Assembly: GCA_046727075.1 (NCBI GenBank)
Contig: JBKPBY010000053.1
Span: 13,078 to 77,077, forward strand
Source of the DNA: a bacterium
GTDB taxonomy: Bacteria > Verrucomicrobiota > Verrucomicrobiia > Chthoniobacterales > JAFAMB01
Direction of reading: 5' to 3'
Length of the DNA stretch: 64,000 bases
This document shows positions 18,946-28,930 of this stretch, one piece after another. Within the stretch, counting starts at the first letter, position 1. Each line of letters starts with the position of its first letter. The notes under the pieces were generated by a model. It had not been told where the DNA came from. It worked only from the letters and a program-made list of their open reading frames with translations, and searched no databases. The position numbers and the translations under genes are program-made.

Positions 18946-20436
18946 ATGAACGGACTTCCGGCAAATACTAGTGACGGCAATCTGTCGAGTCGTTCCGTGC
19001 CGTGCTGGGAATGGTCGCCTGACGAAATTAAACGAGTCGGTTATCGCGTCGTCGATATGATTGCGGCGCACCTGACGACCTTGCGCAAGAAGGTTGTGTT
19101 TCACCCGTTTCCGCCCGAATTGGCTGAAAAGTACCTGAACTCCGAGCTACCGGATTCGGGACAGGAGGTGGACGATATACTGACTACCTTTGCCCGCGAG
19201 ATTGAGCCTTACCCATTCGGAAACGGACATCCCTGTTTTTGGGGCTGGGTGAATCCGCCTCCAACAATTTTGGGGATCTTTGGCGACGCGCTGGCTGCCT
19301 CGATGAACCCGAGCTGTGCCGGAGGGAATCACGCCGCGATTTACGTAGAACGCGAGGTGATTAACTGGTTCAAGCAGATCATCGGATTTCCACCAGAAGC
19401 AATGGGTCTGCTGGTAAGTGGCGGATCGATCGCAGCGCTTACCGGACTTGCTGTTGCGCGGCATGTGCACTGCGGTTACGACGTTCGAAAAAAAGGACTC
19501 TACGGATCCCTCACGCGGCTGAGATTCTACCGCACCGCTGAAGGACATGGCTGCCACCAGAAGGCAATCGAACTTCTCGGAATTGGTAGCGAGAATCTGC
19601 GCATCATCCCACATGATCGATCGCTCAGAATGATTCCAGCTGCTCTCGACGCGGCGATTCGAGAGGATTTGCGCTCCGGATTTAGACCGGTTGCCGTGAT
19701 CGCCAGCGCGGGCGCGGTAAACACTGGTGCCATCGACCCGCTCGATGAGATCGCCGATGTGTGTGCCGAGCACCGCGTTTGGCTTCATGTCGACGGGGCT
19801 TATGGCGCGCCGGCAATCTTGACCACGCAGTACGCGAAACAGCTCTCAGCTCTCTCCCGCGCGGACAGTCTGGCGTTGGATCCGCACAAATGGCTGTATG
19901 TACCGGTCGAAGCGGGACTTGTGCTCGTGCGCGATGCTCAGCAGATGCGATCGACGTTCAGTCTGGTGCCGCCTTATCTGCAGACAGACGGGAAGGTCGC
20001 AGGCGTCGGCGGCTTACCCTGGTTCAGCGAATACGGCTATCAACAGACCCGAGGGTTTCGCGCGCTAAAGGTCTGGATGGCGCTGCGATATCATGGTCTC
20101 GATGGATATAAGAATCTCATAGAGCATGACATCATGCTGGCAAAGCGCCTCTTTGAAGCTCTGCGTGCCGCGGGCGATTTTGATGTTTTCCAACCACAGA
20201 GTTTGAGCATTGTTTGTTTCCGCTACGCACCGGCCAATTTAAGGGGTGATTCTGACGCCATGGACGCCGCCAATCGCGCGATCCTTGAAAGAATCCAACT
20301 GGGCGGTCGCATTTTCCTTTCTGGCACCACGCTTGAAAACGAGTTCTGGCTGCGGGCTTGCATCGTAAATCCAGGCGCGACTGTTGATGATGTGGGAAGC
20401 ATCATCGACGTGATCCGCACCACTGCAACCGAGTGA
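18946..20436 (+). CDS. PLP-dependent group-II amino-acid decarboxylase
   Basis: LALDPHKWLYVP PLP-lysine motif and fold-type-I pattern. ATG 18946 is preceded by AGAGGA; the ORF is open from GTG 18940. Confidence 0.85.
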   Translation: MNGLPANTSDGNLSSRSVPCWEWSPDEIKRVGYRVVDMIAAHLTTLRKKVVFHPFPPELAEKYLNSELPDSGQEVDDILTTFAREIEPYPFGNGHPCFWGWVNPPPTILGIFGDALAASMNPSCAGGNHAAIYVEREVINWFKQIIGFPPEAMGLLVSGGSIAALTGLAVARHVHCGYDVRKKGLYGSLTRLRFYRTAEGHGCHQKAIELLGIGSENLRIIPHDRSLRMIPAALDAAIREDLRSGFRPVAVIASAGAVNTGAIDPLDEIADVCAEHRVWLHVDGAYGAPAILTTQYAKQLSALSRADSLALDPHKWLYVPVEAGLVLVRDAQQMRSTFSLVPPYLQTDGKVAGVGGLPWFSEYGYQQTRGFRALKVWMALRYHGLDGYKNLIEHDIMLAKRLFEALRAAGDFDVFQPQSLSIVCFRYAPANLRGDSDAMDAANRAILERIQLGGRIFLSGTTLENEFWLRACIVNPGATVDDVGSIIDVIRTTATE

Positions 20437-20503
20437 ACGAACAACCGGAGAGCTGGGTGCGATCTCGAAAACTTGCGAAGTTATCTCTTGCTTGCCGCGC
20501 CGC

Positions 20504-20530
20504 TAGTCCGGCCTTGGCCGGACGAAGGCG
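20504..20530. repeat. REP-like element, perfect 27-mer copy 1
   Basis: TAGTCCGGCCTTGGCCGGACGAAGGCG, identical to 33765-33791 and 44680-44706. Internal stem GTCCGGCC/GGCCGGAC. Confidence 0.95.
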
Positions 20531-20534
20531 GGAT

Positions 20535-20924
20535 TCAGGATTGACTCAGGGCGTCACGAACAGCAGCCAGAAATTTCTCGTCGTTAAACGGCTTCATGAA
20601 GAATGCGACCGGGCCGATCTGCATGGCGGTAGCGCGCGCGGCCAAATCTTCGCGTGCGGTAATGACGATTACGCGCGGACGCGGTGAAAGGGCGCACATA
20701 CGCGCAAGGATTTCAAGACCAGTCACCTTTTTCATCCAAATGTCGGTTACCACGACTCGGACAGGGTGTGTGGCGGCATAAACCAAGAACTCTTCCGGCT
20801 TATTGAAGGCGCGGACCTTTAATCCATCCGAGATGAGCAAATACTCCATTGAGCGCAAGACGGACGGATCATCATCGACTAGGCAGACTTCCTTTGGTTG
20901 CGGCTCAACCGGCTCCCGTGACAT
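20535..20924 (-). CDS. single-domain response regulator (CheY-like receiver)
   Basis: VCLVDDDPSVLRSM ... VVVTDIWMKKVTG ... IVITA receiver pattern with no output domain. Start taken at ATG 20924. Confidence 0.85.
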   Translation of the reverse strand: MSREPVEPQPKEVCLVDDDPSVLRSMEYLLISDGLKVRAFNKPEEFLVYAATHPVRVVVTDIWMKKVTGLEILARMCALSPRPRVIVITAREDLAARATAMQIGPVAFFMKPFNDEKFLAAVRDALSQS

Positions 20925-21027
20925 ACAAATTAACCCGGCTTGGCAAAGCCACCGCGCGGCAGGCAGCATCTAACGGAGCGCGCCCAGGTCCGTGAAATTT
21001 GATGGTTCATGTTAGATGTCCGCCTGT

Positions 21028-23556
21028 TCATGCGGCGGCCATTCCTTGTATTCCTCCGCACGCCGCCGGTAGCCGGACAACGATGCGCGCACCGCGGTCG
21101 GGTGCATTCTCGGCGGTGATCGTGCCCCCATGCCCTTCGACAATTGACCGAACAATCTGCAGACCCATTCCCATTCCCTGTTGTTTAGTGGAAAAGAATT
21201 GGTCGAAGATTTTGTCCGGTCGATCCTTTGGCAGTCCTGTTCCGAAATCGCGCACCGTCATTTCTGCTGTGATGCCCTTGTCCGAACGCGTACTAATAAC
21301 GATACGACGTTCAATCGGCGGCAACGCTTCGACCGCGTCAAGCGCATTAACGATCAAATTAAGGAGGACCTGTTGAATTTGGACAACGGCACCATTCACA
21401 TCGGGCAGGTTTGGGTCCAGCTCGGTCGAGACCACACTCTCTCGCGATAAAATGTCCGTTCCGACCAGTCGGACCGTATCGGTGATGACTGAATTTAGAT
21501 TCAGTCGGGCGTGCACACTGGCCTCTTTGCGCACGAGGTTGCGGATCCCGCGGATGACTTCACCGGCGCGTTGGCTGTCTGCGACCATATCCTGCAACAA
21601 CTGCTTGAGAAACGCGGGGTCAACATTTCCACGGTCGACAAAACGACGGGCCGCCGAAGCACTGTTTGCGATCGCAGTGAGTGGCTGATTCAGTTCGTGT
21701 GCAAAGGAGGCGGTCATTTCCCCCATCAGCGATACTCGGTTACGGTGCTCCATTTCTTCGCGCTGCAGCTGTAACTGCATGTCAGCCTGCTTCTGGGCAC
21801 TGACATCAAGGGTCACTCCGATCGTCTCCAAAATATTCCCGTGCTCGTCCTGTAAACATCGTCCGCGCATGATCACCCACCGCGTCCTGCCGTATGGTAG
21901 AACAAGGCGGTGCTCGCTTTCGAACGTGCCGTAGAGCGCACACGATTGCTCGTACTCCGCTTTCACTTTCGCGCGCTCGTCCGGGTGAATCCGGGAAAGG
22001 ATCAATTCACAGGTCAGTGGTAGCTTGGAATCGAAACCGTACATCTTGCGTCCTTTTTCGCTCATCCATGCCAGGTTCCCGTCCGGATACAGAACCCAGA
22101 AGGCGAGATCGGCCGACTCGGCGGCCAGGCTGATGCGTGCATCGCGTTCTCGCAAAATCTCCTGCTGCCGCTGGCGCCCGATCGCGATTCCAGCGATGTG
22201 GGTCGCAATGCGAGTCAGCCGATCTTCTTCCGCTCGCGGCCCTCTTTTTTCCTCGGGATACATGGCAAATGAACCAAGCACATCGCCTTGAGGTGAGAGG
22301 ATCGGGGTAGACCAACAGGCGCTGACTCCGCAAATTCGCGCAAGATCGCGATAATCAGCCCAGAGGGGATCTGTCATCACGTCGGTCACGACCACGGGCC
22401 GGCGCAGGTACATGGCGGTACCGCAGGAACCGTTACGCGGCCCAATTGGAGCGCCGTCCACCGCCTTCACATAAGCCTCGGGAAGACTCGGTGCCGCACC
22501 GTGCCGCACGTGTTTGCCGCCGCGATTCAAGAGGAGAATGGAACAGCGCAATCCTTCTGCCTGGCCTTCTAACAGAAGAACAAGGCGCTTGAGCGTGTCC
22601 GACAGCGGCGCGTCGGACGCTATCATTTCCAGGACCTGGCTTTGTCCGGCACGGAAAAACTCTTCCTCTTTGATTTGAGTGACATCGCGACAAACGACGA
22701 CCCCGCCTAACAACTTGCCGCCTCCGCTCCGCAGGGGCCGTCCAGTAATTTCCGTCCAGAGCCCGCGCGGCCTTTTTTCGTGGCGGACGAACATCTCAAT
22801 GTTATCGAACTCCTCACCACGGATGCATCGCCTAAGTGGCAACTGATCATGGGGAAAGGGTGTGACCTTGTCTGGTAAATAAAGTCCGTAGCGTTTCGAC
22901 CATTCGCTCGACGGCATTTCTGTTGCCCCCTTGCCGAACATTCGCTCTGCCGCCGGGTTGAAGACGACAAAGTGCTCGTCCTTGTCTGCGACGATAACGG
23001 CATCGCCCATGTTCGACATGATGGACCGCAGGATTTCATTGGTGTGAGAGAGTTCGGCCGTCCGCTCTGATACCTTTTGTTCCAAAGCGTCCCGGCCGGC
23101 GCGAAGGGTTTGCTCCAGTTGCCGTTGCTCGGTGATATCTGTGTTAGTTCCGAACCAACGGACGACCTCTCCTTGCGCATCTGTGATTGGAAGAGCACGA
23201 GAAAGAAACCAACGGTACTCACCGTTCTTGCCGCGTAGCGGAAAAGTATCTTCCCACGACTGGCCCGTAGCGAAGGCGACTTTGATGCGTTCAACTACTC
23301 GGCCCACTTCATCCGGATGGTGGACCTTCTGCCAGCCCCACCCCTGCATCTCTTCGAACGTGGTACCGGTGTAATCGAACCAACGATCGTTGTACCAGAA
23401 AATGTAACCATCGCGATCGGCCATCCATGCTAGTTGAGGTATGGAATTTGCCAGGGTATGGAATTGTCTTTCATTCTCACGCAACGCCTGCTCCATCTGC
23501 CTTTGCTTGATGAGCCGCCCCTTACTTTCGCTCTTCTCTTGGTCAGCGTTGTTCAT
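21028..23556 (-). CDS. multi-PAS/GAF sensor histidine kinase
   Basis: Repeated PAS-like segments and a GAF-like segment. H-box FAHELNQPLTAI, N-box LLNLIVNALDA, G-boxes DFGTGLP and GMGMGLQIVRSIVEGHGG. Start taken at ATG 23556 (MNNADQEK). Confidence 0.9.
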   Translation of the reverse strand: MNNADQEKSESKGRLIKQRQMEQALRENERQFHTLANSIPQLAWMADRDGYIFWYNDRWFDYTGTTFEEMQGWGWQKVHHPDEVGRVVERIKVAFATGQSWEDTFPLRGKNGEYRWFLSRALPITDAQGEVVRWFGTNTDITEQRQLEQTLRAGRDALEQKVSERTAELSHTNEILRSIMSNMGDAVIVADKDEHFVVFNPAAERMFGKGATEMPSSEWSKRYGLYLPDKVTPFPHDQLPLRRCIRGEEFDNIEMFVRHEKRPRGLWTEITGRPLRSGGGKLLGGVVVCRDVTQIKEEEFFRAGQSQVLEMIASDAPLSDTLKRLVLLLEGQAEGLRCSILLLNRGGKHVRHGAAPSLPEAYVKAVDGAPIGPRNGSCGTAMYLRRPVVVTDVMTDPLWADYRDLARICGVSACWSTPILSPQGDVLGSFAMYPEEKRGPRAEEDRLTRIATHIAGIAIGRQRQQEILRERDARISLAAESADLAFWVLYPDGNLAWMSEKGRKMYGFDSKLPLTCELILSRIHPDERAKVKAEYEQSCALYGTFESEHRLVLPYGRTRWVIMRGRCLQDEHGNILETIGVTLDVSAQKQADMQLQLQREEMEHRNRVSLMGEMTASFAHELNQPLTAIANSASAARRFVDRGNVDPAFLKQLLQDMVADSQRAGEVIRGIRNLVRKEASVHARLNLNSVITDTVRLVGTDILSRESVVSTELDPNLPDVNGAVVQIQQVLLNLIVNALDAVEALPPIERRIVISTRSDKGITAEMTVRDFGTGLPKDRPDKIFDQFFSTKQQGMGMGLQIVRSIVEGHGGTITAENAPDRGARIVVRLPAACGGIQGMAAA

Positions 23557-23817
23557 GATCGTTCGTGAGGAAAAGGAAGTTTCGAGCAACTGGTCCGCCT
23601 GAAGGGGGCCGTGCACGGATGCGGTTCCGTTCTTCGAGAGTCCCCCAGCGAGCGGCGACGCTCGGTTCGGGTCTTCTCGCATGCCGGATGGTGCGCACAT
23701 TCCATTCTTCGAACCGAATTTTCAGATTTACGGAGGTTCCCAGCATAGATCAGACGCCGAAAAACGCGACACCAAAAACATGGTGGTCTCCGCTGGAACC
23801 TGGATAGACGAGGGGCA

Positions 23818-23889
<72 letters not shown>

Positions 23890-24070
23890 CGAGAAGTGAG
23901 ATGCGTAACTAAATGCAATCTCTGAAGTCTTCAACCGATTTCTCGTAGACGCCTTATCGTCCTCAACGGCTTACGGCGGTCTTCGTCGAAGAACCCTATT
24001 CACCAGCGCCGTACCAATACAGGCTTAGCGAGCAAAAGGGTGGCGGAATACTCGGACGAAAAGAAACCGC

Positions 24071-25075
24071 CTACGCGCTGGGCTTTTCCCATTGGCCGGA
24101 CTGGGCCGATCGGAAGATCGCTTGGATAACGGCCATGTTCTTGATTGTCCACTCCAGGGGAACAGCCTGAGAGCTGTTTTCCCGGATCGCTTTCGAAAAC
24201 ACATCGCCCTGGATGGTATATTGATCAGCCGTCTCGAATTCGATCGTCTGTGGGTTCCGACCGGTGCTCGAGTCATCAACGAAAATCCTGCATGGCACAT
24301 CCGGTGGCGCGTTAAATGGGATCTCAATTTCGAGTCTCCCTTTGTTCCCAAAAGCTAAGACTCGCTGGTAAGGAGCAACCTGCGTTCCGCATGTCCATAC
24401 CGCGTGGCCCGACGGGAAATCGAGAATTGCCGAGGTTAAAATATCGGTCTCAAAGTCCGGATCGCGCTCGATCAGGCCGACCACCCGTGACGGTTCTTCA
24501 TCGAAAATAACTCTGGAACTCAACACGAGGTAACAACCGATATCCATCAGTGCGCCGCCGCCAAAGCCGGCGATGTTACGAATATTGTTCGGGTCCAGGT
24601 TGCGATAGCTGAAGTAACAAGAAACCGATTTGACCTTTCCAATCTTACCGGAACGAATCTGTTCCAGGGCGCCAAGCCACTGTGGATGCGTCCGCACCAT
24701 GAACGCTTCCTGAATTTTCACCCCGGTTCGATCCCGAACTTCGATCAGCGACGTTGCTTCTTTCACGGTCAGAGCGACCGGTTTTTCGCACAGCACATGT
24801 TTGCCTGCCTCCGCCGCTTTGATCGTCCACGGTACGTGCAAATGATTGGGCAGAGGATTGTAGATCGCTTCTATTTCCGGATCCGCCAGAAGTTCTTCGT
24901 ACGAACCGAACGCTTTCGGTATGCCAAGTTCCTTTGCTGCCTTCGCGGCTCTTGTTCGGTCGCGCGAAGCAATAGCCGCAACCTCTGACATCCCGCCCTT
25001 CTGCATCGCAGGAATGACCTTTTTCGTCGCAATGTCTGCGACCCCTAAGACGCCCCATTTCACTTTTGTGCTCAT
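24071..25075 (-). CDS. Gfo/Idh/MocA-family oxidoreductase
   Basis: 334 aa. KWGVLGVADIA N-terminus and HVLCEKPVALT motif. The start overlaps the NUDIX stop (ATGA). Confidence 0.85.
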   Translation of the reverse strand: MSTKVKWGVLGVADIATKKVIPAMQKGGMSEVAAIASRDRTRAAKAAKELGIPKAFGSYEELLADPEIEAIYNPLPNHLHVPWTIKAAEAGKHVLCEKPVALTVKEATSLIEVRDRTGVKIQEAFMVRTHPQWLGALEQIRSGKIGKVKSVSCYFSYRNLDPNNIRNIAGFGGGALMDIGCYLVLSSRVIFDEEPSRVVGLIERDPDFETDILTSAILDFPSGHAVWTCGTQVAPYQRVLAFGNKGRLEIEIPFNAPPDVPCRIFVDDSSTGRNPQTIEFETADQYTIQGDVFSKAIRENSSQAVPLEWTIKNMAVIQAIFRSAQSGQWEKPSA

Positions 25076-25551
25076 AAATTTTCAGCAGTGACAATCTGTA
25101 CTAACCTATCGATGAACGGCACTTGAGACTGGTTAATCCTCTGGCGCGCCTCCGTCACCGAAAAAAAGCGAGCCTGATCGATTTCCGGAAATTCTTTCAT
25201 CTGTTTCGATCGTGGAGGCCATTCAATCTTGAAAGTGTTACTCGTTATTTTCGAAGGATCACAATCTCCTTCAAATGCCCAGGCATGGACGAGCTTGCCT
25301 GATTTCAGCCGCACCATACCAAGGTCGATGAATGGCCCGGAAGCAACCAGGGATGTTTCTTCGGTAAATTCCCGTTGAGCAGCAGCGACCTTATCTTCGT
25401 TTTGGTCGACCAATCCCTTAGGAATCGACCAGGCGCCGGCATCCTTTTTTGCCCAGAACGGTCCACCGGGATGCACAAGAAACAGCTCTAGATTATGTCC
25501 GGTTTTTCTGAACATCAACAATCCAGCGCTCACCTGCATTCGTTGATGCAT
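25072..25551 (-). CDS. NUDIX hydrolase
   Basis: 159 aa. Nudix box GLVDQNEDKVAAAQREFTEETSL. Confidence 0.8.
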   Translation of the reverse strand: MHQRMQVSAGLLMFRKTGHNLELFLVHPGGPFWAKKDAGAWSIPKGLVDQNEDKVAAAQREFTEETSLVASGPFIDLGMVRLKSGKLVHAWAFEGDCDPSKITSNTFKIEWPPRSKQMKEFPEIDQARFFSVTEARQRINQSQVPFIDRLVQIVTAENL

Positions 25552-25677
25552 ATCTGGCCGCGTACCCGCGTCAACGTTCTTTGCGGCAACGCCACTACTC
25601 GCCCTAGGCTTTAATTGAATACCGACTTCGCCGCTAACGCTGAAGGTTGCATTTCAAGCACCCAATCCCATAAACAT

Positions 25678-25713
25678 AAGTCCTATCCGTCCTCTAAGTC
25701 CCATTCGTCCTAT
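25678..25713. repeat. tandem 18-mer doublet
   Basis: AAGTCCTATCCGTCCTCT (25678-25695) is followed directly by AAGTCCCATTCGTCCTAT (25696-25713). Confidence 0.85.
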
Positions 25714-25780
25714 TCTGAGCGTGACCCTGTCCAGAACCAGGCCCATCGTTCGTCGAAGGAATGAACCAATCAATGCGACT

Positions 25781-26482
25781 ATGACAAAAAACGCTTCCCA
25801 ATCTGGACTTCCAACAATCGTTTCCCAAACCGAATGGGAGACCGAGCTCAACAAGCTGCGTGTTAAAGAAAAGGCGGCGACTCGCGCCCGCGATGCTCTG
25901 GCGGCCGAGCGCAGGCGGCTGCCGATGGTAAGAATCGATAAAAGCTATGTTTTCGCTGGCCCGGACGGCGAGGTTTCCTTGCTCGATCTCTTCGAAGGAA
26001 GGCGACAGCTCCTGCTCTACCATTTCATGTTTGGACCCGGAGCCCCCGGTTGGCCCGAGAAAGGTTGCGATGGCTGTTCTATGGTTGTCGATCAAATTTG
26101 CCATCTGGCGCATCTACATGCGCGAGATGTTTCTTTTTGTTTAGTTTCTCTCGCGCCCTTGCCGAAGATTCAGAGTTATAAAAAGTATATGGAGTGGGAC
26201 ATCCCGTGGGTTTCCTCCGCGGAGAACGACTTTAACAAAGACTTCGGTGTCACAACCGATGAAGGCGAGAACTTCGGTCTCAGCGTTTTTCTGCGGGACG
26301 GCAAGAAGGTCTATCGTACCTACTTTACAACTGCCCGTGGCGTTGAATCGCTCGGCAGCGTTTGGAGCTTTCTAGATCTGACGCCGTTCGGTCGGCAAGA
26401 GGAGTGGGAAGACACGCCGGCTGGCCGTCCTCAGTCTGGACCTTACGTCTGGTGGCGTCGCCACAACGAATATGGGACGTAG
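25781..26482 (+). CDS. DUF899 thioredoxin-like protein
   Basis: WETELNKLRVKEKAATRARDALAAERRRLPMV ... LLLYHFMFGPG ... CDGCS pattern. Start taken at ATG 25781. Confidence 0.8.
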   Translation: MTKNASQSGLPTIVSQTEWETELNKLRVKEKAATRARDALAAERRRLPMVRIDKSYVFAGPDGEVSLLDLFEGRRQLLLYHFMFGPGAPGWPEKGCDGCSMVVDQICHLAHLHARDVSFCLVSLAPLPKIQSYKKYMEWDIPWVSSAENDFNKDFGVTTDEGENFGLSVFLRDGKKVYRTYFTTARGVESLGSVWSFLDLTPFGRQEEWEDTPAGRPQSGPYVWWRRHNEYGT

Positions 26483-26507
26483 TGTTGTGGCAGTCTCTGC
26501 CAAAAAC

Positions 26508-27377
26508 CTAACCGCCAAACTTTGTATTCGCGAGGCCTCTCACTCCTGGAGCAACCGCAAACAGTGCTCCAGACAACGGCTTAGCCACTATTTCCTCCGG
26601 CTTCATCAGATGGCGGGCGGTCGTGATATATAAAATATCCAGGGCCGATCCACCAAACGCCACGCAACTTACATGCGGCGCCGGCAAATCAATCACTCGA
26701 TCAATCCTTCCATCAGGCCGATACCGGACCACGCGGCTTCCTCCCCATTGCGCGTTCCATAAACAGCCTTCCGCATCAACGCACGAACCATCGGGACTCC
26801 CTGGTTGATCTTCGAACGTCGCGAAGACTCGGCGATCGTGCGGCGTTCCTCCATCGTTATCGTAGGCAAAACGCCAAATGACTCGTTTATCGGTATCGGC
26901 AAAATACATCACGTCGCCGTCCGGGCTGAAACAGAGGCTGTTCGAGCATGAAATCTCGTTAATTAGCGTGTGAACCGACAGGTCAAAATCTACCCGGCAC
27001 AAAGACGAAATCGGTTTTCTCTCCCGTTCATCCATGCCGCCGGCCAGGAACCGGCCTTTGCGGTCGGTGCCACCATCGTTCAGACGCGTTTCCGGCATGT
27101 GAGGCTCGAAATAGTTGATATGTTCGCGCCGCCCGGTTGTTGGATCCCAAAATGAAAATCCGCTCGCGAAGGCAACGATAAGCCCTCCGCTCTTTCGGGG
27201 TGCAAAGCTGCCAATGCGTTCCGGGGCTTTCGTCAGCTTTACGTTGCCGCTACGATCCAGCTCCCAGAATTCGCTCTGTTCAATATCGACCCAAAAGACC
27301 GAACCGCGATCCGGATCCCAGACGACGCCCTCACCAAGGTCGTTGCGCACCTCACCTGAGACGACTTCGACTTCCAT
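26508..27377 (-). CDS. SMP-30/gluconolactonase/LRE-family protein
   Basis: 289 aa. LGEGVVWDPDRGSVFWVDI and repeated beta-propeller blades (NDGGTDRKGRFLAG, PDGSCVDAEG). Confidence 0.85.
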   Translation of the reverse strand: MEVEVVSGEVRNDLGEGVVWDPDRGSVFWVDIEQSEFWELDRSGNVKLTKAPERIGSFAPRKSGGLIVAFASGFSFWDPTTGRREHINYFEPHMPETRLNDGGTDRKGRFLAGGMDERERKPISSLCRVDFDLSVHTLINEISCSNSLCFSPDGDVMYFADTDKRVIWRFAYDNDGGTPHDRRVFATFEDQPGSPDGSCVDAEGCLWNAQWGGSRVVRYRPDGRIDRVIDLPAPHVSCVAFGGSALDILYITTARHLMKPEEIVAKPLSGALFAVAPGVRGLANTKFGG

Positions 27378-27382
27378 ATTAT

Positions 27383-27489
27383 AACAACGCCGACAGTGCC
27401 AACAACGCCGACATCGCCGTCAACGGATTCGTCGGGTCGGTTCCGCTTCGGTTCTCGGCGCTGCCGGCGTTTCTATGCCGGCGTTTATA
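27383..27489. repeat. spacer made of two tandem doublets
   Basis: AACAACGCCGACAGTGCC / AACAACGCCGACATCGCC at 27383-27418, and TGCCGGCGTTTCTA / TGCCGGCGTTTATA at 27462-27489. Confidence 0.85.
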
Positions 27490-27492
27490 AAG

Positions 27493-27987
27493 TTAGCTCT
27501 TCTTCTTGGCCGCTTTCTTTTTGGCGTGAGTAGCCTTAGCAGGCGGTGCACCGGCGGTGGCTGCGGGCCGAACAATCAGGCCGTTGCTCAATACCGCCGC
27601 ATAGAATGGCTGTCGAGATCCACCGACGTCTCCGGTCAGGTGAACTAGATAATAACTTTGCGGAGTATTCGCGAACGCAACTGAATCCACTTGTGTACTC
27701 TTGGATCCGTAAAATCCAGGCGCCCACGCCAAAGCGGCCAGTGCTGCGGATTGGGTTGAAACCTTAATCTCAGGCCCACCTCCCGGTTTGGAAGGTGGCA
27801 GGGTGGCTGGGATCTCGAGCGAGTAATTTTTGACCGATCCATCGGCTGTTTTCAGCGTAAAACTCTTCGGACCGGCCATTTCCGGCTGGGGGGATTTTCT
27901 AGCTTTGCTAGCAGGATGAGAGGGTGGTTTTGCAACCACAGAATGGCAAAGTGCCAAGGCAACGCACACAACGAGTGTCGGTTTCAT
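27493..27987 (-). CDS. hypothetical secreted protein with a lysine-rich tail
   Basis: Signal peptide MKPTLVVCVALALCHSVVA. C-terminus KATHAKKKAAKKKS. No family recognised. Confidence 0.5.
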   Translation of the reverse strand: MKPTLVVCVALALCHSVVAKPPSHPASKARKSPQPEMAGPKSFTLKTADGSVKNYSLEIPATLPPSKPGGGPEIKVSTQSAALAALAWAPGFYGSKSTQVDSVAFANTPQSYYLVHLTGDVGGSRQPFYAAVLSNGLIVRPAATAGAPPAKATHAKKKAAKKKS

Positions 27988-28057
27988 CGGGGCCGATTGT
28001 AGCACCCCGGCCCTGTTCTACTCAAGGCTGCGATTAGATTGCTATTTGTTCGGTATT

Positions 28058-28238
28058 TTTTCCTCTTTCTCCTACTCGTCCTCGAGGTGGCGGCCGCATC
28101 CGGCGGCCGCCGGACGATAAAGCGCGACCCTACCGATGACAGACCAAGGCCGAGCGTGGGGTGAGGCGAATCCGCCATTGGCGGATGAGTCTTTCGGTGC
28201 GCGTTCGAAAACGAGGACGAGCAAGAGGAAGAGGAAAA
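28058..28238. repeat. long-range inverted repeat with nested palindromes upstream of trmB
   Basis: 27-nt arms TTTTCCTCTTTCTCCTACTCGTCCTCG (28058-28084) and CGAGGACGAGCAAGAGGAAGAGGAAAA (28212-28238). Inner hairpins GGCGGCCGC/GCGGCCGCC (28089-28111) and AATCCGCCATTGGCGGATGAG (28169-28189). Confidence 0.75.
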
Positions 28239-28303
28239 GCCAGGCTTCCACACGATCTTGCGCTTTACTCCACGCTGTTTGCGATCAGGCTTACGATAAA
28301 CAT

Positions 28304-28930
28304 ATGGAAGCTGGATCTGCTGCCGAGGCTAAGCAATCACCAGAAGATATCCTCGGAATCTTTCCAGCTACGATCTTGGAGCAGTTGTCGCTATCAGCTC
28401 TCTTTGGCAATGATCACCCAGTTGAGGTCGATCTCGGCTCCGGGCCCGGTAGCTTCTTAGTAGAGGCGGCAGAGCGCTTCCCCGAGCGGAACTTTCTAGG
28501 TGTGGAACGATTGCTTGGCAGAGTGCGGAAAACGTGTCGAAAGGCATGGTACCGGGGCATCGGAAATTTGCGAGTGCTCCGCCTGGAAATTGATTACACG
28601 GTGCGCTACCTGATTCCTTCAAACTCGATTGCACGTTTTCATCTCTATTTTCCTGATCCCTGGCCTAAACGAAGACATGCTGCGCGGCGCATTGCTGACG
28701 CCGAATTCTTTGAAGCTCTTTGGGGAGCCCTGATCGATTCAGGAGAGGTATGGATCAAAACCGATCATCGAGAATATTTTGAGCAGATCGAGAGACTCCT
28801 GGCCCGTACAGAACATCAGTTTGTTCCAATAGAGTGGAGCGACGAACCTTATCCAGCTACCGATTTCGAAACAGAGTTTCTCGAAAGCAATCTTCCGATC
28901 TACCGGTTGAGGCTTCGTAAGCGAACCTGA
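28304..28930 (+). CDS. trmB: tRNA (guanine-N7)-methyltransferase
   Basis: VDLGSGPGSF SAM motif and YFPDPWPKRRH signature. Start taken at ATG 28304, because the longer ORF from 28136 runs through the repeat region. Confidence 0.85.
   Translation: MEAGSAAEAKQSPEDILGIFPATILEQLSLSALFGNDHPVEVDLGSGPGSFLVEAAERFPERNFLGVERLLGRVRKTCRKAWYRGIGNLRVLRLEIDYTVRYLIPSNSIARFHLYFPDPWPKRRHAARRIADAEFFEALWGALIDSGEVWIKTDHREYFEQIERLLARTEHQFVPIEWSDEPYPATDFETEFLESNLPIYRLRLRKRT

Noticed and set aside
18582-18980. 132-aa minus-strand ORF in the SDR/decarboxylase gap
   Set aside because: It is Arg/Ser-rich with no motifs, and it overlaps the decarboxylase start. The opposite-strand frame looks more protein-like.
23781-23817. 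Sequence ending CCACCA on the minus strand immediately downstream of tRNA-Val (possible second tRNA or att-site remnant)
   Set aside because: No T-loop (GGTTCRANYC) or acceptor pairing can be drawn. I found no duplicate of the tRNA-Val 3' end elsewhere in the window, and no integrase gene is present.
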